Positions 55,809 to 64,000 of a stretch of DNA of 64,000 nt are shown here, piece by piece. Source of the DNA: Candidatus Tectimicrobiota bacterium (GTDB lineage Bacteria; JACPUC01); assembly GCA_016192455.1 (NCBI GenBank), contig JACPUC010000017.1:1-64000 (forward strand), given 5' to 3'. Position 1 is the first letter of the stretch. Each line of letters opens with the position of its first letter. Under the pieces are notes generated by a model. That model worked only from the letters and a program-made list of their open reading frames with translations, searched no databases and was not told the origin of the DNA. The position numbers and the translations under genes were made by a program.

Positions 55809-57965
55809 ATGAGCTCCGTCGCTACGAAGCAGGGCGCGGCGCCGGGGGTTGTCGAGATCTCCCCCGCAATCGCGCGCGAGATCGAGGTCTTCGAGCTGGA
55901 GGTGGAGCGCTACCGCCGCGGCGCCGTCTCCGAGGAGCAGTTCAAAGCCTTTCGTCTGCAGCAGGGCATCTACGGCCAGCGCCAGGCCGGCGTGCAGATG
56001 GTGCGGGTGAAGATTCCCTCCGGCTGCCTCAACCCCGGGCAGCTCGATCTCCTCGGCTGCCTCGCCACGGCGTACTCCACCGGCATCGCCCACCTGACGA
56101 CACGCCAGGACGTGCAGTACCACTACGTGAAGCTGGAGCACGTGGCGACGATCATGCGGGAGCTGGCGGCGCACGGTCTGACGACGCGGGAGGCCTGCGG
56201 CAACACCATCCGCAACGTCACCTCCTGCCCCGCCGCCGGCGTCTGCCGGGATGAGCTCTTCGACGTGACGCCGCTGGCGCGCGCCGTGTCGGCCCACTTC
56301 CTGCGCAACCCGGTCTGCCAGCAGCTCGGACGCAAGTTCAAGATCAGTTTCAGCGGCTGCGCCGATCACTCCTGCGCCATGGCGATGATGCACGACATCG
56401 GCGTCATCGCCGCCCGCCGCGAGGTCAACGGCAAGGTGGACTATGGCGCCACGGTCTACGTCGGCGGCGGCCTGGGCGCCGTGCCGATGCCGGCGCAGCT
56501 CCTCGAGGCCTTCGTGCCGCTCGAGGAGGTGCTGCCGCTCTTCGAGGCGATCGTGCGCGTCTTCCACAAGTATGGCGAGCGCGCCAACCGCAACAAAGCC
56601 CGCCTGAAGTTCCTCCTGGAGAACCTCGGCATCGAGGCCTTCCGCGCCAAGGTGGCGGAGGAGCGCGCCGCGCTGCGGCCGGAGCCGGAGTGGAACCGGT
56701 TCATCGAGCAGCTCCAGATCAACGAACGGGCGGACGGCCGCTCCGCCTCGAATGGCCATACCTCCAAGGAGGAGCCGTTCAACGGCGCTCCCTACGGCAA
56801 CCCAAGCTACGCCGCCTGGCGGGCGACGAACGTGCGGCCGCAGCGCCAGCCCGGCTTCTCGACCGTCACCCTCTTCCTCGAGCTGGGCGACATCACCGCG
56901 GCGCAGTTCCACGGCCTGGCCGACGCGCTGCGCCGGTTCGACATCGGCGACCTTCGCGCCACCCAGCAGCAGAACTTCCTCTTGCGCTGGGTGCGCAACA
57001 GCGACTTGGGCGCCCTGCGCGCCGCTCTGCAGCCCCTCAACCTGGCGCGGCCCGGCGCCAACACCATCCTGGATGTGACCGCCTGCCCCGGCACCGATAC
57101 CTGCAACCTCGGCATCACCTCCTCGAAGGGCTTGGCGCGTCAGCTCGGAGCGGTCCTCGCCAAGGACGACCTGAAAGATGTGCAGAACCTGCGCATCAAG
57201 GTCAGCGGCTGCCCGAATAGCTGCGGCCAGCACCACCTCGCCAACATCGGCTTCTTCGGCAGCACGCGGCGCAGCGGCGACCACATCGCGCCGACCTACC
57301 AGATGCTCCTGGGCGGACGCAGCGACCGCAACGGCGCGGCGTTCGGGCTCGCCACCCTGAAGCTGCCGGCAAAGAACGTCCCCGCCGCCGTGCGCCGCCT
57401 CCTGGCCCTCTACACGAACGAGCGACAGCCGGGCGAGGAGTTCACGGCGTTCATCGAGCGCATCGGCAAACAGCGCGTCAAGGAGCACCTGGCCGATCTC
57501 GAGGCCCTGCAGCCTTACGGCGAGAGCGCCGACGCGTACACTGACTGGGGTCGGAACGAGGAGTTCAGCCTGAAGGACAAGGGCGTCGGCGAATGCGCCG
57601 GCCAGCTCCTCGGCGAGGTGGAGCTGAAGCTGAACGAGAGCGAGCGCACCATCTTCGAAGCCAACCTCCTTTACGAGCGCCGGGACCTGCGCCGCGCCTA
57701 CGAGCGCGCCGAGGAGGCCATGGCGCTGGCGGCCGAGGCGTTGCTCTCGACGCGCGGCGTCGCGGCAGGCGCAGACGCCAATCTGAAGCACCTCTTCCAC
57801 GGCCACTTCGTGCAACCGGGTCTGGTCTTCGAGACCACCGCCAACTATTTCGTCAAGGCCGGGGCGCTGAACGGCGGCGCGCCGACGCAGCAGGCGGTGC
57901 ACGCCCGCATCGAAGAGGCCACCCTGTTCATCGAAGAGTGCCACACCGCTTACGCACGCATGTAG
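55809..57965 (+). CDS. Siroheme [4Fe-4S] sulfite/nitrite reductase (ferredoxin type) with a C-terminal HEPN-like domain
   Basis: FRLQQGIYGQRQ, HLTTRQDVQ, TREACGNTIRNV, RKFKI, ACPGTDTC...SGCPNSCGQH. Confidence 0.92.
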   Translation: MSSVATKQGAAPGVVEISPAIAREIEVFELEVERYRRGAVSEEQFKAFRLQQGIYGQRQAGVQMVRVKIPSGCLNPGQLDLLGCLATAYSTGIAHLTTRQDVQYHYVKLEHVATIMRELAAHGLTTREACGNTIRNVTSCPAAGVCRDELFDVTPLARAVSAHFLRNPVCQQLGRKFKISFSGCADHSCAMAMMHDIGVIAARREVNGKVDYGATVYVGGGLGAVPMPAQLLEAFVPLEEVLPLFEAIVRVFHKYGERANRNKARLKFLLENLGIEAFRAKVAEERAALRPEPEWNRFIEQLQINERADGRSASNGHTSKEEPFNGAPYGNPSYAAWRATNVRPQRQPGFSTVTLFLELGDITAAQFHGLADALRRFDIGDLRATQQQNFLLRWVRNSDLGALRAALQPLNLARPGANTILDVTACPGTDTCNLGITSSKGLARQLGAVLAKDDLKDVQNLRIKVSGCPNSCGQHHLANIGFFGSTRRSGDHIAPTYQMLLGGRSDRNGAAFGLATLKLPAKNVPAAVRRLLALYTNERQPGEEFTAFIERIGKQRVKEHLADLEALQPYGESADAYTDWGRNEEFSLKDKGVGECAGQLLGEVELKLNESERTIFEANLLYERRDLRRAYERAEEAMALAAEALLSTRGVAAGADANLKHLFHGHFVQPGLVFETTANYFVKAGALNGGAPTQQAVHARIEEATLFIEECHTAYARM

Positions 57966-58051
57966 CCAGGGCGCCAGCCCCAGGGCGCGCAGCACCCGGT
58001 GTGCGTCCCCTCGAACGCCACCCATCACGCGAAACGGATTGGTCCCACGCC

Positions 58052-58945
58052 ATGGAGCATCATCACCAGCACTCCACCTTGAAAGGCCTTGACGGTCCCG
58101 TCGCCCTCCTCAGCCTGCTGCGCAAGGAAGCCGCGACAACCCCCGGCGAAGAGGACGCGGCCCCGGCCCCCGGCATTGTCTCCCTCGTCGGCGCCGGGCC
58201 GGGGGACCCGAAGCTGCTGACCCTGCGCGCCCTCGAGCTGCTGCAGGCGGCGGACGTCATCGCCTACGACGAGCTGGTCCCGCCGGCGATCCTGGCGCTG
58301 GCGTCGCCGGCGGCCGAGCTGCTGCCGGTGGGGCGCCGCTGCGGGGCGGAGCCGCGCCCGTTCCGCCTGCACCCGGCGGTGGCGGCGCGGGCCCACGCGG
58401 GGAAGCGCGTGGTGCGGCTGAAGGCGGGCGACCCCTTCCTCTTCGGGCGCGGCGGCGAGGAGATCGAGGAACTGGTCGCGGAGGGCATCCCCTTCGAGGT
58501 CGTTCCCGGCGTCTCGGCGGCCTTCGGCGCCGCCGCAAGCGCCGGCATCCCCCTGACGCACCGCGACTGCGCCTCCGCCGTCACCTTCACCACCGGCCAC
58601 GGCGCCCACGGCGAGGCGGGCGATCCTGCCGCCTGGCAGCCCGCCGGCGGCGGCACGATCGTCCTTTACATGGTGGCGCGCAAACTGCGGCAGAACGTCC
58701 GCCGCCTCATCGCCGCGGGCCGCTCGCCGGAGACGCCGGCGGCCTACGTTGCCGCGGCCACCACCGCCGAGGAAGTGGTGCTCATCGGGACGCTGGCGGA
58801 CATCGCCGGGCAGGTCGAGGCGCTCGATTCCACGTCCCCCGCGCTGCTCATCGTGGGCGAGGTGGTGCGCCTGCGGCAACAGCCCGCCGCGCGCCGAACA
58901 GAGCGCTCCCCGGCCCTCGCCGCGGCACTGGAGGATCGCGGGTGA
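58052..58945 (+). CDS. cobA: Uroporphyrinogen-III C-methyltransferase
   Basis: LVGAGPGDPKLLT, VVRLKAGDPFLFGRGGEE, VVPGVSA, GIPLTHR. Confidence 0.94.
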   Translation: MEHHHQHSTLKGLDGPVALLSLLRKEAATTPGEEDAAPAPGIVSLVGAGPGDPKLLTLRALELLQAADVIAYDELVPPAILALASPAAELLPVGRRCGAEPRPFRLHPAVAARAHAGKRVVRLKAGDPFLFGRGGEEIEELVAEGIPFEVVPGVSAAFGAAASAGIPLTHRDCASAVTFTTGHGAHGEAGDPAAWQPAGGGTIVLYMVARKLRQNVRRLIAAGRSPETPAAYVAAATTAEEVVLIGTLADIAGQVEALDSTSPALLIVGEVVRLRQQPAARRTERSPALAAALEDRG

Positions 58946-59568
58946 ACGGCACAGCGCGATTGGAGGCGGCGATGGCGCGCTTCGACGCCGCGCATCGCCA
59001 GGACCCGAACGTCGAGGTCTTCGAGGGAGAGCTGCACCCCAAGGAGCTGCTCTACGCCCAGCGGCTCAGCGCCTGGCTGCTGGTGGTGGAACCTGACGCC
59101 TCCGAGATCCTGCGCTTGGCGGCTCGCGCGCAGCACCTCTACCGCTGGCGCATCCCCCGCGCCGACTACCCCATGGATCGCCAGGGATACCTGGCGTGGC
59201 GCGGCCGGCTGGCGATGTTCCACGTGGAACATGCCGCGGAGATCCTGCGCCAGGTCGGCTACGACGAGGCCACGATCGCGCGGGTGCAGGCCCTGGTGCG
59301 CAAGGAAAACCTCAAGCGCGACCCGGAGGCGCAGACCCTCGAGGATGCCGTCTGTCTCCTCTTCCTGGAGCACGAGCTGGGGGCGTTCGCACCGCGCGTG
59401 GGGACCGAGAAGCTGGGGACGATCCTGCGCCAGACCTGGCACAAGATGTCACCCCGCGGCCGCCACCTGGCGCTGGAGCAGCGGCTCCTCCCCGCGGACA
59501 TGGCGCGCGATCTCCTCCCCAAGTCCCTACCAGGGGCTGATGCTCCATCATCCCCCTCCTCTCGATAA
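58942..59568 (+). CDS. DUF4202 family protein
   Basis: DPN..PKELLYAQR, AARAQHLYRWRIPRADYP..R.GYL.WR, QTLEDAVCL.FL, TW.KMS. Confidence 0.85.
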   Translation: MNGTARLEAAMARFDAAHRQDPNVEVFEGELHPKELLYAQRLSAWLLVVEPDASEILRLAARAQHLYRWRIPRADYPMDRQGYLAWRGRLAMFHVEHAAEILRQVGYDEATIARVQALVRKENLKRDPEAQTLEDAVCLLFLEHELGAFAPRVGTEKLGTILRQTWHKMSPRGRHLALEQRLLPADMARDLLPKSLPGADAPSSPSSR

Positions 59569-59646
59569 CACACTGCGCCTTACCATCACGCTGTTGTCGC
59601 CCGTGACGATCGAGCCCCGGCGCCTTCCTGCCGGCGGGGAAGACCC

Positions 59647-62313
59647 TCACAGCATGTTCTGGGGATTAAGGTCGAGATCGACGTGGACGGCCGCGCGGCG
59701 CTGCAGGGCCTCCACCTCCGGGAGGAGCACCCGATGCAGCTCCCGGCGCAGCCAGTCGGCGTCACTCGCCTTCAGGAGAAGGTGCCAGCGATAGCGCCCC
59801 TTCAGGCGGGCGAGGACGGCGGGGGCGGGGCCGAGGACCTCGACGTCGCCGCCGGCGGGTGGGTGGAGATCCTTGCGCAGGCGCATGGCGAGGTGCGTGC
59901 CGGCCTGCATGGCCAGCTTGTCATCGCGGCTCAGCAGGCGCACCAGCACCAGGTGGCTGAAGGGGGGATAGAAGTGCGCCCGGCGCATGGCGATTTCGTG
60001 GGCGTAGAAGGCGGCGTAGTCATGCTGTTGGGCGCAGGCGATGGCGTAGTGGCCCGGATTGTAGCTCTGCACGATCACCCGCCCCGGCGTGCCGCCGCGC
60101 CCGGCGCGCCCGGCCACCTGGGTGAGGAGCTGGAAGGTGCGGGCGGCGGCGCGGAAGTCCGGCAGGCTGAGGAGGGCGTCGGCGGAGATGACGCCGACCA
60201 GGGTGATGCCGGGGTAGTCATGCCCCTTCGCCACCATCTGCGTGCCGATGAGGATGTCGAGCCGCCCCCTGGCGAGCTGGCTCAGGACCGTGTGGTAGGC
60301 GCGGCGATGGCGCGTCGTGTCGCGGTCCATGCGCTGGACGCGGGCGTGTGGGAAGGTCTCGCGCACGACGGCCTCGAGTTGCTGGGTGCCGAAACCGCGG
60401 TGCGCCAGGTTGACGCCCCGGCAATCGGGGCAGAGATCGGGCACCGCCTGCTGGTAATCGCAGTAGTGGCAGCGCGCCACCTGCTGCGGGCGGTGGTAGG
60501 TGAGGGCCACGCTGCAGTCTCGGCAGGTGAGGGTGCAGCCGCAGTCGAAGCAGATGACGGCGGTGCTGAAGCCGCGCCGATTGAGGAAGAGGACGCTCTG
60601 CCCGCCGCGCTCGAGGGTGGCGGCGAGGGCGTCGAGGAGCGGCCAGGAGAGGTAGGCGTGGGGGCCGTCGCGGCGCGGTTGGCGGCGCATATCGACGATG
60701 GCGACCTCGGGGAGGGGATGCTCGGTCACCCGCTCCGGCAGGGCGAGGTAGGCGCCTGGCTGGCGGCGGGCGGCGTGGTAGGCCTCCAGGGTCGGCGTCG
60801 CCGAGCCCCGCACGAGCACCGCGCCGGCCTGCGCGGCGCGCAGCTCCGCCACCTCGCGGGCGTCGTAGAGGACCCCCTCCTCCTGCTTGTAGGAGTTCTC
60901 CTGCTCCTCGTCGATGACGATGATGCCGAGGTTGCGCACCGGCGCGAAGACGGCGGAGCGCACCCCGACGACAACGCGCGCCTCGCCGCGGCGCACGCGA
61001 TCCCACTCATCGAGCCGTTCGCCGGCGCTGAGGCCGCTGTGGAGGAGGGCGACGAGCTCGCCGAAGCGGCGGTGGAAGCGCTCCACGAGCTGCGGCGTCA
61101 GGACGATCTCCGGCACCAGCACGATGGCGCCGCGCTGCCGCTCGAGGACGAGGTTGATGGCATGGAGGTAGAGTTCCGTCTTGCCGCTGCCGGTGACGCC
61201 ATGCACGAGGAAGGTCGCCGCGCGCCCGTCGCGCAGGGCCTGCTCGATCGCCGCCAGGGCGTCGCGCTGGGCGTCGGTGAGCGTGTGCGGCTGTTGCGCC
61301 GGCGTCGCCGCCGCTCCTTCCGGCGCTGCTCCGGCGGCGCTGTCGGGAACGGGCTGCGCCTCGGCCCCGAAGGCAAACGGGATGCGGCGCGCGCGGCGCG
61401 TCTCCAGCCGCACGAGGCGGCGCTCGGCGAGCCGCCGCGCCACGGCGCTCCCCCCCGGCAGGGCGGCGTTCAGGCTCGTCGCTTCCATCTCGCCCTGCCG
61501 GGCAAGGAGATCGAGGACCGCGCGCTGCCGCGGCCCCAGACGCGGCGCGCGCTCGCTCGCCGCGCCCTCCCGCGGCTCTGAAGCGGCGAGGGTGAAGAAG
61601 GTCGCCCGGTGTTCGCGCGCCGCGCCGCGCGGCCTGCTCCCCCGCACCAGACCGCGTCGGGCCAGGACACCGAGGAGCGCCGCGAGGGGCGGCGCGGGCT
61701 GCTCCCCATGATGCTGCGTGGTCGGGGCTTCGTCGCCCTGGTCCCGCGCCGCCTCGAGACTCTCTTCGAGCTGGCGTACGTCACAGGGGCCCTGGAGCCC
61801 CACGGCCGCGAGCACGGTCACCTGCAAGGCGGTGAGCGCGGTCGCGCCACCGGTGGTGGGCGACGCCGGCCCTCCCTCCGCCTGCTCGGCGGGGCTCGGC
61901 AGCAGCCGCCTCCCCGCCTCGCTGAGGGACCAGAGCCGCGCATCAACGGGCCTTCCCAAACCACCCGGCAGCGCCGTCTTCAGGACCAGCCCCAACGGCG
62001 TCAGGTAGTGCGCCGCCACTGCCCGCGCGAGGTCGAGGAGGCCGGCGTCGAGCACCGGCTGCGGCTCCAGGAGGCGGCGGATCGGCTTCACGTCCGCCAC
62101 CTCGGTGCTCTCCACAAGTTCCACCACGTAGCCCGTCTCGCGGCGGCGGCCGAAAGGCACCTCGACGAGGCTCCCCGGCGCCACGCACCCCCGCAGCGCG
62201 GCGGGAATCGCGTAGGTGTAGAGCTGGTGCAGCGGCGCCGGCACCGCCACGTCGGCGTAGGGAGGCTCATGAGTCGGGGAGGGGGGGGAGGCTGCCTGGC
62301 GGGCCACGGCCAT
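59647..62313 (-). CDS. priA: Primosomal protein N' (PriA)
   Basis: GVTGSGKTE, DEEQ, GSATP, FLNRRGF, four CxxC pairs, GTQMVAKGHD, QVAGRAGR. Confidence 0.97.
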   Translation of the reverse strand: MAVARQAASPPSPTHEPPYADVAVPAPLHQLYTYAIPAALRGCVAPGSLVEVPFGRRRETGYVVELVESTEVADVKPIRRLLEPQPVLDAGLLDLARAVAAHYLTPLGLVLKTALPGGLGRPVDARLWSLSEAGRRLLPSPAEQAEGGPASPTTGGATALTALQVTVLAAVGLQGPCDVRQLEESLEAARDQGDEAPTTQHHGEQPAPPLAALLGVLARRGLVRGSRPRGAAREHRATFFTLAASEPREGAASERAPRLGPRQRAVLDLLARQGEMEATSLNAALPGGSAVARRLAERRLVRLETRRARRIPFAFGAEAQPVPDSAAGAAPEGAAATPAQQPHTLTDAQRDALAAIEQALRDGRAATFLVHGVTGSGKTELYLHAINLVLERQRGAIVLVPEIVLTPQLVERFHRRFGELVALLHSGLSAGERLDEWDRVRRGEARVVVGVRSAVFAPVRNLGIIVIDEEQENSYKQEEGVLYDAREVAELRAAQAGAVLVRGSATPTLEAYHAARRQPGAYLALPERVTEHPLPEVAIVDMRRQPRRDGPHAYLSWPLLDALAATLERGGQSVLFLNRRGFSTAVICFDCGCTLTCRDCSVALTYHRPQQVARCHYCDYQQAVPDLCPDCRGVNLAHRGFGTQQLEAVVRETFPHARVQRMDRDTTRHRRAYHTVLSQLARGRLDILIGTQMVAKGHDYPGITLVGVISADALLSLPDFRAAARTFQLLTQVAGRAGRGGTPGRVIVQSYNPGHYAIACAQQHDYAAFYAHEIAMRRAHFYPPFSHLVLVRLLSRDDKLAMQAGTHLAMRLRKDLHPPAGGDVEVLGPAPAVLARLKGRYRWHLLLKASDADWLRRELHRVLLPEVEALQRRAAVHVDLDLNPQNML

Positions 62314-62514
62314 CTCCTGGCGGAGCGTCGCTTCCCGGCGATGCCTGCAACGGGATGCCTGAGGGAGCGGCGGGGGACGACGCCGATTCCGTCCGCGCCT
62401 CACGCCCCCCATCGCAGCCACGGCCGGGAATGCCGTTGCCGCCGCGCCGCGGCTGGCGTATGATCAGTCAGCAGGAGCTGAGCGCGCAGGCAGGGGCCGC
62501 CCGGAGTTCCAGGC

Positions 62515-63585
62515 ATGGACGACGCTGAGAAGCAGCTTCGGGACCTTGACGAGAAGCTGGGGGCGCTGCTCAACGAACGGGTGCTCCGGCAGGTGCAGCG
62601 CGCCTCGCCGATCGAGGCGCTGGGGCGCGACCTCGAAGCGGGACGCGCCGCCGCCGAGGCCGCGGGCACGGGGTGGTTCCCGAGCGCCTCCCTGCGGCTC
62701 CTCTACCAGCACCTCCACGGCGCCGTGCTCGAGCGCCTGAAGGGACTCGTCGTCGCCTACCTCGGCCCGCCCGCCAGCTACACCCACGCCGCGGCGCTGC
62801 AGCACTTCGGCTTCGCCGCGCAGTTTGTCCCCCTCACGACCATCGCCGACATCTTCCGCGAGGTCGAGGCGGGGCGCGCCGGTTCCGGCGTGGTGCCGGT
62901 TGAGAATACCACGGAAGGGGCGGTCCAACATACCCTCGATACGTTCATCGAGAGCACGCTCGGCATCGGCGCCGAGATCGCCCTGCGCATCTCGCACCAC
63001 CTCCTGTCGCAGTGCGAGCGGCTGGAGGAGGTCGAGCAGCTCTACTCCCACCCGCAGGCGCTGGCCCAGTGCCAGCGCTGGCTCGCCGCCCATGTGCCCG
63101 GCCTGCCCCAAAACCCAACCAGCAGCACCGCCGCCGCCGCCGAACTCTGCCAGAGGGAGCCGCGGGCGGCGGCCATCGCCAGCGGCGAGGCGGCAGCCCT
63201 CTACGGCCTGCGCATCCTGGCGTCGCAGATCGAGGACTTCAGCCAGAACTACACGCGCTTCCTGGTGCTGAGCAGCACCGCTCCGCCTCCCACGGGGCGC
63301 GACAAGACCTCGCTCGTCTGCGGCATTCCCGACCAACCCGGGGCGCTCTACCACACCCTGGAGCTGCTGGCCAGCGAGAATATCAACATGCAGAAGATTG
63401 AGTCGCGCCCGAGCAGGGCGCGGCCGTGGGAGTATGTCTTCTTCATCGACCTCGAGGGGCATCGTGAGGAAGCGCACGTGTGCCAGGCACTCACCACAAT
63501 GCGCGAACGCTGCAGCTTCCTGAAGGTGCTGGGGTCCTACCCCCAGGCTATCAATGTCGAGCGGAAAGGGACCGGCACGAGATGA
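62515..63585 (+). CDS. pheA: Prephenate dehydratase (P-protein architecture with a degenerate chorismate mutase domain)
   Basis: AYLGP, PVENTTEG, SHPQALAQC, NYTRF, ACT domain KIESRPS. Confidence 0.93.
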   Translation: MDDAEKQLRDLDEKLGALLNERVLRQVQRASPIEALGRDLEAGRAAAEAAGTGWFPSASLRLLYQHLHGAVLERLKGLVVAYLGPPASYTHAAALQHFGFAAQFVPLTTIADIFREVEAGRAGSGVVPVENTTEGAVQHTLDTFIESTLGIGAEIALRISHHLLSQCERLEEVEQLYSHPQALAQCQRWLAAHVPGLPQNPTSSTAAAAELCQREPRAAAIASGEAAALYGLRILASQIEDFSQNYTRFLVLSSTAPPPTGRDKTSLVCGIPDQPGALYHTLELLASENINMQKIESRPSRARPWEYVFFIDLEGHREEAHVCQALTTMRERCSFLKVLGSYPQAINVERKGTGTR

Positions 63586-64000
63586 CGATCGACGTTCCAG
63601 AGCACATCGCCACCCTCATCCCGTACAGCCCCGGCAAGCCAGTCGAGGAGCTGGAGCGCGAGCTGGGCATCACCAACGTCGTCAAGCTCGCCTCGAACGA
63701 GAACCCCTTCGGTCCTTCGCCGAAAGCCATGGAAGCGGTGCGCCGGGCGGTCTCGCAGGTGCACCGCTACCCGGACGGAGGGAGCTACCACCTCCACCAA
63801 GCCCTGGCTGAGCGCCATGGCTTGGCGCCCGAGCACTTCCTCATCGGCAACGGCTCGAACGAGGTCATCGTCGATATCATCAACACCTACATGCGGGCCG
63901 ACAGGCGCCCGGCCGACCGCGGGGTGACGGGGGAGTATGCCTTCCTCGTCTTCCGCCTGGCCGTGCAGTCGCGCGGCTGCACGCCGGTGATGGTTCCCTT
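63582..64000 (+). CDS. hisC: Histidinol-phosphate aminotransferase (runs off the window end)
   Basis: Manual translation MTIDVPEHIATLIPYSPGKP..KLASNENPFGPSP..RYPD..IGNGSNE. Confidence 0.93.
   Translation, partial: MTIDVPEHIATLIPYSPGKPVEELERELGITNVVKLASNENPFGPSPKAMEAVRRAVSQVHRYPDGGSYHLHQALAERHGLAPEHFLIGNGSNEVIVDIINTYMRADRRPADRGVTGEYAFLVFRLAVQSRGCTPVMVP

Overview
High-GC (roughly 70%) bacterial chromosomal segment, mostly housekeeping genes on the minus strand. The gene order and content suggest a Deltaproteobacteria/Nitrospinae/Tectomicrobia-like lineage, which is inference only. Order along the window: tuf 5' end and a Thr-Tyr-Gly-Thr tRNA operon; rlmB-cysS-gltX-ispF-ispD-PIN/TRAM-radA; a small accessory patch (hicB, a nonsense-disrupted hicA, moaC, dcd, a low-GC nuclease-like ORF, small hypotheticals) interleaved with four copies of a ~90-110 bp three-hairpin repeat; nrdJ with tandem NrdR boxes; apgM; pilD-asnB; two tandem near-identical aromatic-rich type IVa pilins, each with its own sigma54 promoter and enhancer palindromes; recA-thpR-cinA; dxr-cdsA-uppS-frr-pyrH-tsf-rpsB; argJ-argC; rpsI-rplM; yraN-rnhB-rplS-trmD-rimM-khpA-rpsP-ffh; rpe, a PASTA protein, rsmB-fmt-def; a tandem array of three TMTC-like GT-C/TPR genes (the first lacking the catalytic membrane domain); cbiX divergent from a sulfite/nitrite reductase-cobA-DUF4202 operon; priA; pheA with a degenerate chorismate mutase domain; and hisC (partial). 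Best candidates for novelty are the covarying three-hairpin repeat family next to foreign genes, the duplicated e-pilin-like pilin units, the TMTC-like array, and a ~190-nt structured leader upstream of the PIN/TRAM gene. All calls were made by eye; no searches or folding programs were run.
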